A DNA stretch of 63,248 nucleotides, counting the filler, from Hausera hauseri (lineage: Eukaryota): NCBI GenBank assembly GCA_046269625.1. It is 12 parts of 12 records of this genome, joined end to end, with 100 filler letters (N's around TTAATTAATTAA, not from the genome) between each part and the next. Parts side by side here need not be neighbours in the genome. Positions count along the whole stretch, not along the records: positions 41,121 to 47,891 come from JBJURY010067217.1; positions 47,992 to 52,179 come from JBJURY010712437.1; positions 52,280 to 58,106 come from JBJURY010182528.1; positions 58,207 to 63,248 come from JBJURY010353376.1; 8 more parts are not named here. One strand, given 5' to 3'. The translations under genes were made by a program, and so were the position numbers. How positions within the stretch are numbered: position 1 is the stretch's first letter; each line of letters starts with the position of its first letter. A model generated the notes under the pieces. It did not search any database. It saw nothing but the letters and a program-made list of their open reading frames with translations, and was not told the origin of the DNA. Below, piece after piece: positions 47,833 to 58,310 of the stretch.

Positions 47833-48234
47833 ATTTTTCGATGTGAATTTTCGATGCTATTTTGACAACTGGTTCACCTCAATAAAACTGCNNNNNNNNN
47901 NNNNNNNNNNNNNNNNNNNNNNNNNNNNNNNNNNNTTAATTAATTAANNNNNNNNNNNNNNNNNNNNNNNNNNNNNNNNNNNNNNNNNNNNTGAGTTTCA
48001 AAACGCGTTTTTAGAGTCATTAGCTCATCTTCAGGTGGATGACATGTAATACTGAATAAATATTTCAAATTATTCTTTCTGAAAAAAAATCTGCCAAGCG
48101 GGAAAATGCACATCTCTGCAGACGGGCTTCTTGAACATGACAGTGGGTTTGCTCCAATTAAGTAGATACTCAGTCAACAGACCCAAATCTAATTGCACAA
48201 AGTCTGTGTATAATGCTTCTGCTTCAGGACTTAC

Positions 48235-48348
48235 TTAAATTGCACAGAGCACCTTCCCAGCCATCTGCACATATGCACTGGTATGAACTGACACCATCAA
48301 TGCAAGTTCCAAAATTCTGGCACGGATTGCTAGCACAATCATCTATAT
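48235..48348 (-). CDS. Single 114-bp exon encoding a calcium-binding EGF repeat (Jagged/Serrate or Notch type)
   Basis: ttttacag / [37 protein letters not shown] / gtaagt; symmetrical phase-1 exon, not in the ORF track. Confidence 0.9.
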
Positions 48349-49029
48349 CTGTAAAATACATCAAGGAAATCTTATAATAACAAATTCTGGTCAACAGACA
48401 GGTTTGCTACTGGCCCCAGCAGCATGGTTGATCGTGTCTACAAAGTGTTTCCTACTGCCTGGAGGAATTCAGTCCACAATAACAATTATGAAAATGGTAA
48501 AGTTCTGTACTTTCCTTTATTCCAACTTCTAATTTTCTCCATTTTTAACTTCTCGAGTTCTTCTATAAGTTTGGCATTTATATATATCTATTGCCGCCTG
48601 AACTATTTGAATTATATATTTTAAATTCTTTTATTTTTCTGTTTTCCTATTTATCTTGATTAACAATTGATAATTTCGAATTTTTCCACTCGTTTAATCC
48701 ATTGGGTAATTGCATACACTGATTAGTTGAATAATAAGTTTCTGTATAGTGATTAAATAATAATTGTTCGTTAAATTCCACTTGCTATTTTCGGTTTCAA
48801 TTTTGTTATTTTCACTTTCTATTTACATTTTTACAATTTTTGCGTCCGTTTTACAACATTTCTCCTCCCTAAACGGCACTCTCCGATGCACCCATTGGGT
48901 CAGAAGAGGTGCTGCGCAAACGGTTCATTTGTCCACGTAAGTCCGCTTACGAATCCCATTCATCTTGCGGAGATCGCGGGTCAAAATGGTATGATTTGAT
49001 GAGTTTTTCGGGCGATATCTCCACTATGT

Positions 49030-52000
49030 TTTTAATCTCCATTAGCGAAATATTTTAGTCTAGTAGCTTCCGCTCTGCACAGTAGACAGGTCGTTTTCCC
49101 GTTTTACAAGGTCCGCGTTTCTAAACAGTATCGACAGTGTTTGTGGGTAAAATCCTTATTATCCAATACCACAAATCCTTGGTATAGGTTTGCATTGCAA
49201 ACGGGGCATTTCTCTTTTTCGCCTCCGTCTATGTCTACAAGGTTTTTGTCCACTTCAGTGCGTTCGAATACTAGTCCTATCCTATCTTGGTATAATTATC
49301 CATATAGTCGTTTTTGCTTAGTATCTGTAGAGCTTTTCTTGGGGTCGTCTGACACAGTAACCAAGGTCCATTCAACGATTTCTTGTTTATCCAAGTCGAG
49401 TAATTCGGTTTTCTTGTATTGTCTCTTAAGTTGCACTCGAACTTGGATATCCACTGGGACAGTTAGCCGATTGGTTCAATTTTTCAATTGAAATATCGGG
49501 GCTAGGTACTTACCAATGGTTGTCTTCTCGGGCGTAACCGTTTCCGCTTACAAGTCTTCTAGGAACAGTAGAGATATAGAATATAGCTTCTTTGATCTTG
49601 CCTTTGCTTTAATATTCAGCCATAAGGAGTATTCTGGTATATTCTTTAACCTGGTTACTATGATTGGGGCTAGTTCTCCCCAGTTTCTTCGAAGTACATT
49701 CACCTCTGTCTTGTGTGGTCTACATTTAAGGGTTTTCATTTCCGGTTCGCTGGTTTTCTCGTCTTCTTGTCTTTTTAGTTTTTCTGTGGGTTTCGTTGTT
49801 TCTTCTTCATGGATGGATATAAGTCTGCTAGTTGACGGTTTTATCTCTTCCACCTGGTTTTTACTGGTCTTACTTTCTTTTTACTAATATATTCAAAGAA
49901 AGAAGTTTTTGTTTTTTGTCCTTTCGGCAGTTCTCCCATATTCGACTTCTCGCCTTCCACTGTCTTTTGGGAAGCTAATCCAATCTCAGTTTGGGTCTGA
50001 CTGATTGATAGTTTTTGCTGATTTCTGTACGTTTTAATTGGGCTGTTTTGAACTGTCACTTGGAAACTGTTATGTCCTTGTGGCTCAGTTTGTCTATATA
50101 TTGGATAATCACAAAATCCTTTCCGGAATTTTTGAACCAAGATTTTTGGGTTGTTGTCGGAGTTCATATTTTGTCTGGGTTCTCTTGGTTTCCACTCGTG
50201 TTTCCATCGTAAGGAGATGTAAATATCTCTTATAAGTCGCGTTCGATGATTTGTTGCTATCAATTTGGGAAATTTGAACTGTTTGCCATTCATGGCTTCT
50301 AACAACATTTTGAACTGCATTTCAAGTGATGCTGAAAGGAGTAGACATCCCTTTTGCTTCATTAGGGTGTTTTCTACTCGGCTTGCAACCGATAGATTGC
50401 GACTTAGTTCACGAATCACCGCTGTATATTCCTGTCTAATTCCTAGTCTTTCTAGCATTTCGTGTACTCTGAATCCAGTTACAACTAATCCGTATAATCA
50501 GTGGCTTATGTCTTGTTGAATTTCTAAGAAATCCTTGCCCTTTACAAGTTGCAGTTTTGTGATTCCGGTAACGTCGGGAAATGTATCCTTTACTTTGGTT
50601 CGAGGTGCAATTATTTTGTTTATGAGTTCGTCTCGGTTTACACGTCGGATATATACTTCGATTGAGGTGTACCATCCGTAATCCTTCTCTCCATAATTTA
50701 CGGCTAAGATTCAAATATTCCGGCCGTCTCGAACTAAACTGAAAGACTCTCCACTTTGTTCAATTTCATCTTCGAGGGCTTCTGCATGAATAATAAGGGT
50801 GTAGCGGTTTCTTTGTTTCAGTCCGCAGGGCTAATTCGAACATCAGTTTGATCGGAAGTTCGGCGACTCTTAATTGCAAAGCATAGCCCATGAGACTATA
50901 ACAACACAACTCGTATGAACTAAATTTTTACTGTTGACCTATTTGTGTATTCCAGGATTGTCCTGTATTGGATTTCGCCATCAGCGACATGTATGTACAA
51001 TTGCTGATGCGTCGGCTCACGAGGAATCATATCTCTCAGTAGACATGCTCGCGCATCCTTTGGGTTTCGCATCGCGTATAATCAAATTAATCGATTGTCC
51101 TCTAGACCCGATTTTAATCCATTCGTTATTCTGTTTTCTTGATCTATTTCTGCATAAGTTTTGTTTTTCGGAATTTCTCCAATTTGGCGATATAGGCTTT
51201 TGGTAGTCGGTTTCAGAACTGTCACATGTTGCTGTAGGAATTCGATGTCGTAACTGAGACTGTTAGCTGAGTTCTTCGCCTCTTTGGCCATACTTGCTCT
51301 GCTAAAATAAAAATAAAGGTCAATCCTAAGACAGATCATGGTTTTGAAACAAAACATTTTCTTTGTCTGATGATGGGATAACCGATCTGTAATTGTCAGG
51401 TTATGCCATCATAAATTCCGCTTCGGTATCCTCTTTCCCGTTTATCCCTCTGTTGATTTCGACGTCGATTACTAAAGTTTTTGCAAACTACAAAAATCAT
51501 CGCGGTTAATAAAGCTAGAACAAAAATTTACAAGCTTATTATAGCTATCATCGGTAAATTATTTGTTTTAATCAAATTTTCCGTGGTGATTGCATTTTGA
51601 GTGCTCGTCTCTTTATATTGCATTACGCGAACTTCGTCGCTTAAGGTCTGAACTATCAGGGTCTTGGACCTCTTATCCTTTGCGGTAACTTGAATTATGT
51701 CCGCCAATTCCTTCTTGGGCAATTTACTTGTCGGAATGATGTTGGTAGTGAGAGTTGTTCTTGGAACGGTAGTCGGTTCTCTCGTAGATGTTGAGAGCGA
51801 TAGTTCCCATATTACGTCCTTGGGGCGGTATCTTCTCAATTACGTACTCGGCTCTTTTGGTTAAGTATTATACAAATCGAATTGTAATTGGTAGTTGTAT
51901 CCTAACGGAATATCTACGGCACACAGTAAGCCGTCGTCGTGCAAGATAACAATATTCTGGGGTGGGAGTTGAAGAATTTAATGGCATAAATAGGATAGAA

Positions 52001-52179
52001 ATTTATCTGTCTCCCGGTAATTCTATTTTGGTTATGATTCGGATACATTGGTTTTCGAAGTCTTTAGAAATTCCGATAATGTTGAAATCTATCAGTCTTT
52101 TAAATGGGTCGATGTTTCGGACTATCTCGTCCGTCTTGTTTCGGTTCGCATCGTACCGTTGAGGCATTCTATTTTGAAT
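49030..52179 (-). pseudogene. Degenerate orphan ORF series: Thr-rich stalk plus TM protein, and a long ORF ending in a RING finger
   Basis: TM IAIISL*IFVLALLTAMIFVVC near 51500; CPVC-x17-HKHCRYC-x12-CLLCR at 49077-49208. Confidence 0.6.
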
Positions 52180-52279
52180 NNNNNNNNNNNNNNNNNNNNN
52201 NNNNNNNNNNNNNNNNNNNNNNNTTAATTAATTAANNNNNNNNNNNNNNNNNNNNNNNNNNNNNNNNNNNNNNNNNNNN

Positions 52280-52675
52280 TCGACCTAATAAATATCCATC
52301 TAATATTTGACTAATTGTGTTTTGTTGATGTTTTATCGACCTAATAAATATCCATCTAATATTGGACTAATTGTGTTTTCTTTATGTTTTGTCGACCTAA
52401 TAAATATCCATGGAATGCTTTTTATGAGAATGAGAAATTGTTTTTGTTTTATTTTTTTTTTAATGGTTAATAAATATCCATCTAATATTTGACTAATTGT
52501 GTTTTCTTGATGTTTTGTCGACCTAGTAAATATCCATCTAATATTTGACTAATTGTGTTGCCTTCATGTTTTGTCGATCTAATAAATACCCATCTAATAT
52601 TTGACAAATTGTGTTTTCGTAATGTTTTGTCAACCAAATATTTGGTCAATTGTGATTTCTAGATGTTTTATCAAT
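52280..52675. repeat. 56-bp tandem array (about 6-7 units) next to Maverick genes
   Basis: Unit TCGACCTAATAAATATCCATCTAATATTTGACTAATTGTGTTTT... starts at 52280, 52336 and 52392 and resumes near 52468. Confidence 0.95.
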
Positions 52676-52806
52676 ATACTAAATAAAATTTATATTTATT
52701 TAATAAAATCGTTTCATTAACCTACAATAAAGCAATAAATAAAAAAAAACATTATCCAAATTATATTTCATTAATCTAATAACCATACACCAGATTTAAA
52801 CTCGTT

Positions 52807-53481
52807 TTATTTGTAATCATAACGGGCTTCTTTGACAATCCATATCGGTAGTTTTATACCATTTCTTTCTTGGTATCCACATATTTCCACATTTATTCGA
52901 CACTTGGCTGAACTGGGCATTGTGTCTAATTCCCGACCAATAACGTCTAACAGTCGAGCTTTTTGTCCAGGAATATAAACTGGTGCATTGAACCGTTCAA
53001 AGGAATTTTTAACGAAGTCCAACTCAGAATCAACTGATTTCAATGTCGAACGAAGACTGTTCATATCACGTTCGCTGACATCCTTTACCTGGTATGCTAT
53101 CTTGGATTTAGTAAGAATAACCGGATCTGTCATTTCAACGGTAATCGGCTCTTGCAAGAAATAAAATAGCCGATTTTTATGTTCATGATTAACTTTCTTT
53201 TGTGTTGCAGGCTTTAGACATAGTTTTTTGCCTGTATTCAATTTGATTTCTTGACGACGTTTTTTATTATTCTTATTTATACCAGTATCAATCATTGCAT
53301 TCTGTCGTTGAAAACTTGGTTTTGATTCTAACATTTGTTTTCCGGATTCTTCTGACATTATATCCTCTATATTTAAATTGTCTTTTTGATCACTGTTACA
53401 TTCGGTATTGATATCGTCATCAGACAAAAGACCAAATAACCAATCTTCGGATATGACATGGTTGTCGGATAAGGAATCCAT
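52807..53481 (-). CDS. Hypothetical protein (acidic N-terminus, basic patch, globular C-domain)
   Basis: Intact 224-aa ORF co-oriented with the TBP-like gene. Confidence 0.7.
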   Translation of the reverse strand: MDSLSDNHVISEDWLFGLLSDDDINTECNSDQKDNLNIEDIMSEESGKQMLESKPSFQRQNAMIDTGINKNNKKRRQEIKLNTGKKLCLKPATQKKVNHEHKNRLFYFLQEPITVEMTDPVILTKSKIAYQVKDVSERDMNSLRSTLKSVDSELDFVKNSFERFNAPVYIPGQKARLLDVIGRELDTMPSSAKCRINVEICGYQERNGIKLPIWIVKEARYDYK

Positions 53482-53558
53482 TGATTAGAATAAATGGAAA
53501 ATGGATTATAGTTTGTTCATTTATAGTTGAAAACGAAATGATAATTACATTGATACGT

Positions 53559-54014
53559 TTAAACAATTAAATTCAGAATGTTTGTAATTATTCCATTAAC
53601 GGTTTCAAAGTATTCTAGTGACTTTAAACCAACAATTACAATCTTTCCGGAACTGAAAACATTTACGCACAAAGGTCGGTACATATTAATACGAAGGGCT
53701 GGAAAAAATTCTGGTTCGAATAAACTGTCAACTCTCCTGGATAATTTATGAAGATTTATTGAAATTCCAAGAGTATATGTAACTGTAATCGATTGAATAC
53801 CATCAATTATAATTATGAAATTGTATTCACTCATCTGTATTTGATGTTGAAGTATTGGTTTCCTACAACCCATAAGACGGCATTTACCTGTTTGAAAAAC
53901 AATTAAACTGAAATCTGGAAGTTTCAGAACACATTGTCGAGGCTTCCATTCATTGAATTTTAAACTTTCAATGGAACCCGAAATGTGACCCTGATAGTTT
54001 ATATTGGATAACAT
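53559..54014 (-). CDS. TATA-binding protein-like, reduced
   Basis: Two TBP-type repeats: LIVFQTGKCRLMG and IQSITV..INLHKL..FEPEFFPALRI..VNVFSSGKIVIVGLKS. Confidence 0.88.
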   Translation of the reverse strand: MLSNINYQGHISGSIESLKFNEWKPRQCVLKLPDFSLIVFQTGKCRLMGCRKPILQHQIQMSEYNFIIIIDGIQSITVTYTLGISINLHKLSRRVDSLFEPEFFPALRINMYRPLCVNVFSSGKIVIVGLKSLEYFETVNGIITNILNLIV

Positions 54015-54105
54015 GATTGTAATACAAATATTATTTCATTTATATACTAATTGATTTGCCCACTTCATTCCAACATCCATTTCATTTCATTTCAGGTGAG
54101 AAAAT

Positions 54106-54573
54106 ATGGAACAAATTTGTTATTGCAATATGGATGATTATAGCCATTTACCGAAAAGAATGAGTAATGGAGCTGCAGGCTATGATCTTTTTTCCGGTGA
54201 AACATTTATTCTAGAGCCACATAGTCAGGAATTAATTGACACGGGAATTCGGTTAATAATTCCTGAGGGATACTATGGTCATATATGCTCCAAAAGTGGA
54301 TTGGCAAGCAAGTACAATATACATGTTGGTGCGGGTATCGTGGATTCTGACTATCGAGGAAACATTAAAATTCTTCTAATCAATCATTCTAAAACGCCAT
54401 ATCCAATACTTACTGGAGAAGCTATCGCACAAATGATAATGAAAAAATATGAAACATTCAGTTTCAAATTCTTATCAGCAGAAGATTTCAACAGTAGCTA
54501 CCATAGTACGATTCGAGGAAATAAAGGTTTTGGACAAATGACAAAATTGAATTATGATTGTAATGATAAATGA
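54106..54573 (+). CDS. dut: Trimeric dUTPase
   Basis: AGYDL, KSGLA, GIVDSDYRG, IAQ and RGNKGFG (motifs 1-5). Confidence 0.95.
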   Translation: MEQICYCNMDDYSHLPKRMSNGAAGYDLFSGETFILEPHSQELIDTGIRLIIPEGYYGHICSKSGLASKYNIHVGAGIVDSDYRGNIKILLINHSKTPYPILTGEAIAQMIMKKYETFSFKFLSAEDFNSSYHSTIRGNKGFGQMTKLNYDCNDK

Positions 54574-54681
54574 ATAAAGTCGGTATTTGAAAAATTCTGT
54601 TTTTGCTTACAATGTAAATTGTACCAAAGGACAATCAATAAATACTATAAACAATTAAGATAAAAAATCCACTGCATCAAT

Positions 54682-55326
54682 ATGCTATTACAAAACAATG
54701 CTGTTTTTCAAATAGTTGGACCGAGCGGAAGTGGTAAAACTCATTTTGTTTGCAAATTACTTCAGAAAGAAAATTTATTTCAAACAGCTTTTCGACACAT
54801 TTATTGGCATCAAGGTGGTGGTGGCGAGGCAGGAATAACTGGGAAAGAATTTTGTAAGCTGAAAAATATATCTGTAATAGATGGATTTGATAAAAACTGG
54901 TCCGATAGATTAAAACATGGCGATGTTATAGTTATAGATGATCTCTACCAGGAAGCCAACAAACAGGGTGATTTCAATAATCTGTTTACGAAAATCGCAC
55001 GTCATAGAAATGTTACGGTTATATTCATTACACAGAATTTATTCCATCAAGGCGGTCATCATCGAACAAGGAACCTGAATGTTCACTATTTGGTTTTATT
55101 CAAAAATCCCCGAGATCAGACTGTAGTGGATTTTGTTGCTAGACAGTCATTTCCCCATAATAAGGGGTTTCTCATCGATGCATTTCATGATGCAACATTA
55201 AAACCTCATGGATATTTGTTTATTGACTTTACACAACAATGTCCAGATGATGAACGTGTTAAAAGTGATATATTCAATTTAAAAAAAATAACGGTCTATA
55301 AACAAAATAAGAAAAATGGAAAATAG
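54682..55326 (+). CDS. Maverick packaging ATPase (A32/FtsK-like)
   Basis: GPSGSGKT, VIVIDDL, ARHRNVTVIFITQ, LFKNPRD and HGYLFID. Confidence 0.93.
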   Translation: MLLQNNAVFQIVGPSGSGKTHFVCKLLQKENLFQTAFRHIYWHQGGGGEAGITGKEFCKLKNISVIDGFDKNWSDRLKHGDVIVIDDLYQEANKQGDFNNLFTKIARHRNVTVIFITQNLFHQGGHHRTRNLNVHYLVLFKNPRDQTVVDFVARQSFPHNKGFLIDAFHDATLKPHGYLFIDFTQQCPDDERVKSDIFNLKKITVYKQNKKNGK

Positions 55327-55336
55327 TATCTTTCAA

Positions 55337-55489
55337 ATGAAGAATCGAAACACGAAGAGATCATTGTTGTCTTATAAACCAAAGCGAAGAAAAAGAACAA
55401 AACGATCAAAGAAGCAGAAGGGTAATGGTATTATAAACAAATATAAACAGCCAGTCAGGAGACGTAAAATACGTAGAAATGCGTTTTAA
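55337..55489 (+). CDS. 50-aa K/R-rich core protein (pVII/mu-like)
   Basis: MKNRNTKRSLLSYKPKRRKRTKRSKKQKGNGIINKYKQPVRRRKIRRNAF; below the ORF-track cutoff and fills the gap between its neighbours. Confidence 0.75.
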   Translation: MKNRNTKRSLLSYKPKRRKRTKRSKKQKGNGIINKYKQPVRRRKIRRNAF

Positions 55490-56309
55490 AAAAGTTCATA
55501 TGAATGTTGATGGTGATAGTAAGAATAGTTCACCAAAACTAAGACGGTTTTCTCGGAGTATACCATATTTCAAATCGTTACTCAGAGCCCCAGCAAACAC
55601 TAGATGGAAAACAATTCATTCAATGCCTCCCTTTGTTCTCAATGATTTTATGTCGGTTTTGCAACAGATTGTTTTGGGTCGTGTTGATATTGGAAAGCAA
55701 AAACAAAGATTGTCCAAATACAGAGAGGTACTCGTTGATATGGCGAAAGCTGTGAGTTTAGCAGCAAAAAAACGGGTTCTTGAAAATCGCTTTCCCGTTG
55801 AACAAATTGGACAACTTAAAGGTAGAAAAAAGAAAAGAGAAAGAAAAGCCATCGAACAACAGTATTTTGGATCTGCAAAAACTCATCAGGTAGGAGATGG
55901 ATTATTCAGTGCAGCGTTGGAAATTTTAGGTAAATTAGGTTCAACGATGAATGAGCAAAACACACCACATGCACTGATCAGACGGATAAAACAACAAAAT
56001 GGTGGATTTTTATTTAGCCCAATTACTTTGGCTAGAGGATTGATGTCACTTACACAAGCGGCAACTAATCCAAACTTTATACATGATGCAGTCCAAATAT
56101 TAGCAAAGAACAATGTCATAAGGAAACCAATTGATAATAATCAAGACGGAAATGGATTTGTTTGGGCAGCTTTATTGCCGATTTTAGGTGCGATAAAAGC
56201 CGCAGCAATTCCAGCTGCGATTACAGCAGGGAAAGCCGCTGCCGTTGGAGCAGCACAAGCAATTGGTGGTTACGCAGCAAAAAAGGCAATTGATGCTGTT
56301 GCTGAATAA
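55479..56309 (+). CDS. Maverick basic virion protein with pX-like hydrophobic C-terminus
   Basis: Basic helical N-domain, then QVGDG, QNGG and QDGNG motifs, each followed by a hydrophobic segment, e.g. FVWAALLPILGAI. Confidence 0.75.
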   Translation: MRFKKVHMNVDGDSKNSSPKLRRFSRSIPYFKSLLRAPANTRWKTIHSMPPFVLNDFMSVLQQIVLGRVDIGKQKQRLSKYREVLVDMAKAVSLAAKKRVLENRFPVEQIGQLKGRKKKRERKAIEQQYFGSAKTHQVGDGLFSAALEILGKLGSTMNEQNTPHALIRRIKQQNGGFLFSPITLARGLMSLTQAATNPNFIHDAVQILAKNNVIRKPIDNNQDGNGFVWAALLPILGAIKAAAIPAAITAGKAAAVGAAQAIGGYAAKKAIDAVAE

Positions 56310-56355
56310 ATAAATGTATAAACAAATATGTATATATCTTTGTTTTCTTTAATTA

Positions 56356-56625
56356 ATGGGACCTGTTCAATCTCTTCCGAATATTAATTTTACCATTCGT
56401 TCAAATTGTTGTAATACTGATGATGACGATGATAAAGTTGATGGAAAAACTGTGGTTCAATCCCGAAGAACCAGTTGGTTATACCGGAGTTTCAAAGCTC
56501 GCCAAGGCCGCAAAGACAACAAAGAAACTGACAGCAGATTGGCTCAGGATGCAGCTGGCATACAGCTTGAACAAACCAATGAGAAAACGGTTTCCAACTC
56601 GAAAATATCGAGTGGCGGGAATTAA
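56356..56625 (+). CDS. Small ORF overlapping the integrase start
   Basis: MG start, SNCC, acidic run then a basic stretch; lies in a different frame from the integrase. Confidence 0.4.
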   Translation: MGPVQSLPNINFTIRSNCCNTDDDDDKVDGKTVVQSRRTSWLYRSFKARQGRKDNKETDSRLAQDAAGIQLEQTNEKTVSNSKISSGGN

Positions 56626-57481
56626 TGAACTCTGGCAAATGGATTTGATGGAAATGATTCCGTACGCACGAATTAACGATGGTAACAAGTATATATTGAC
56701 ATGCATAGACGTATTTAGTAGGTATGCACGTGCCATGCCTGTTAAGAGTAAGTCTGCAAAAGACATTAGTAAGGTTATATCTTCCATGCTTAAAGATGTA
56801 CAGCCGAAATCCATTCAAACGGATTTGGGTAAAGAATTTTATAACAGCTCTGTGAAAGGCATACTAAACAAATATGCCATTAATCATTATTCCGTATTTT
56901 CGCAATACAAAGCTCCACTTGTCGAAAGATTCAACCGAACATTGCGAGGTCGGCTTAACAAATATTTCACAAATCAGGGTAAAAAGACGTGGATTCACAC
57001 TTTACCAAAAATTATCAATGCTTATAATTATTCTGAACACCGAGGTCTCAATGGTATGCGACCAGTTGATGTTACCAATGACTTAAGTACTTGGTTAATG
57101 CAATATGATAAAAAAACCGAACACAGAAAAACAAAACCTAAGTACAAAATCGGTGATTTTGTTCGTATTTCGAGAATCAGCACTACACCATTTATTAAGA
57201 ATTTCAATCACAACTGGAGTGATGAAGTCTTCCAAATTTTCGAAATAAACACCCAGCAAATGCCTGTTATGTATGTGATACAAGATGAAGATGGACAGAT
57301 TATTCAGGGTAAGTTTTACGAAGAAGAATTACAGGTATTGCCGGCAAAACCCGATATATACCGAATACAATCAATTCTTCAAACAAAAGGAAAAGGTAAG
57401 TATAAACAATATCTTGTTAAATGGCACGGATACACAACACCTACATGGATTTCCAGTAATCAGATTCAAACAAAACAATGA
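56420..57481 (+). CDS. Maverick retroviral-like integrase with chromodomain
   Basis: WQMDL, CIDVFSRY, QTDLGKEF, VERFNRTL, YKIGDFVRIS, NWSDEVF, GKFYEEELQ and YLVKWHGY. Confidence 0.96.
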   Translation: MMTMIKLMEKLWFNPEEPVGYTGVSKLAKAAKTTKKLTADWLRMQLAYSLNKPMRKRFPTRKYRVAGINELWQMDLMEMIPYARINDGNKYILTCIDVFSRYARAMPVKSKSAKDISKVISSMLKDVQPKSIQTDLGKEFYNSSVKGILNKYAINHYSVFSQYKAPLVERFNRTLRGRLNKYFTNQGKKTWIHTLPKIINAYNYSEHRGLNGMRPVDVTNDLSTWLMQYDKKTEHRKTKPKYKIGDFVRISRISTTPFIKNFNHNWSDEVFQIFEINTQQMPVMYVIQDEDGQIIQGKFYEEELQVLPAKPDIYRIQSILQTKGKGKYKQYLVKWHGYTTPTWISSNQIQTKQ

Positions 57482-58106
57482 GCTTTTACATGGTATTACC
57501 GAGTAATAGCAGTAAAGATACTCGTCCACAAAACACTGCGAGTGAATTCATTGTGGACTATGAAAATCCGATTGAATTAAAAAATGGAAATTGGACTGTT
57601 GGTTTAATTGAATTCTCATTTTTCTACAGTCCACAAAGTATAAGAAGAGGAACGGAGATTGAGTATGAATCGGAATGGGAAATATTGGAGAAAATTGAAT
57701 GTGACATTGAAATTGAAGATCTTGGAAAACTTACTAGCAGTACATTAACGAAATTTACCTATGTTCATGGAGCAGGTATAATAAACAAGCATGTAATATT
57801 TAGTGCTGATGTGGATTTTCAAATTGTGTTTCCTACATTGGAGGATGCTAGAATGTATGGCTTTGAAAGCACGTTAACAAAATCCAATACAGCAACAATG
57901 CCAGAAGGAGTCGTATCAACCAGAAAACATAACGTAGTTGGTTTAAAACTCACAGTACAACCAACAAGAAAAACTAAAATCTCACAGATTTTTATGAAAC
58001 GACAGATGACAACAAAAACATATACATTCAAGAATGATGTTGCTGTTGCCACACCTGAAGACCTCTGTACCTATTTCTTACATAACTGTTCGAGTATATT
58101 TAATAC
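57478..58106 (+). CDS. Maverick minor capsid (penton-like) protein, truncated by contig end
   Basis: FYMVLPSNSS..NTASEF..IEL..WTVGLIEF, the N-terminus typical of the ORF following Maverick integrases. Confidence 0.75.
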
Positions 58107-58310
58107 NNNNNNNNNNNNNNNNNNNNNNNNNNNNNNNNNNNNNNNNNNNNTTAATTAATTAANNNNNNNNNNNNNNNNNNNNNNNNNNNNNNNNNNNNNN
58201 NNNNNNAAACTTTCCAGAATTCCTACACTTGGCCCTTTGTTCCACAAGATGATGTGTGAATTCTCTATTACATTTGAACCGCATATCAAAGAAGATGGTG
58301 CCGAAAAAAT

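Larger units (their letters stand above)
52280..58106. mobile_element. Polinton/Maverick (adintovirus-like) segment
   Basis: Packaging ATPase, basic core proteins with QxGxG motifs, rve-chromodomain integrase and penton-like ORF, all with intact frames. Confidence 0.93.

Noticed and set aside
48000-48040. Hammerhead-like CTGAAGA...AAACGCG on the minus strand
   Set aside because: The conserved GAAA reads TAAAA and the flanking stem is not evident.
52280-52675. CRISPR array
   Set aside because: Whole units are near-identical; there are no unique spacers.
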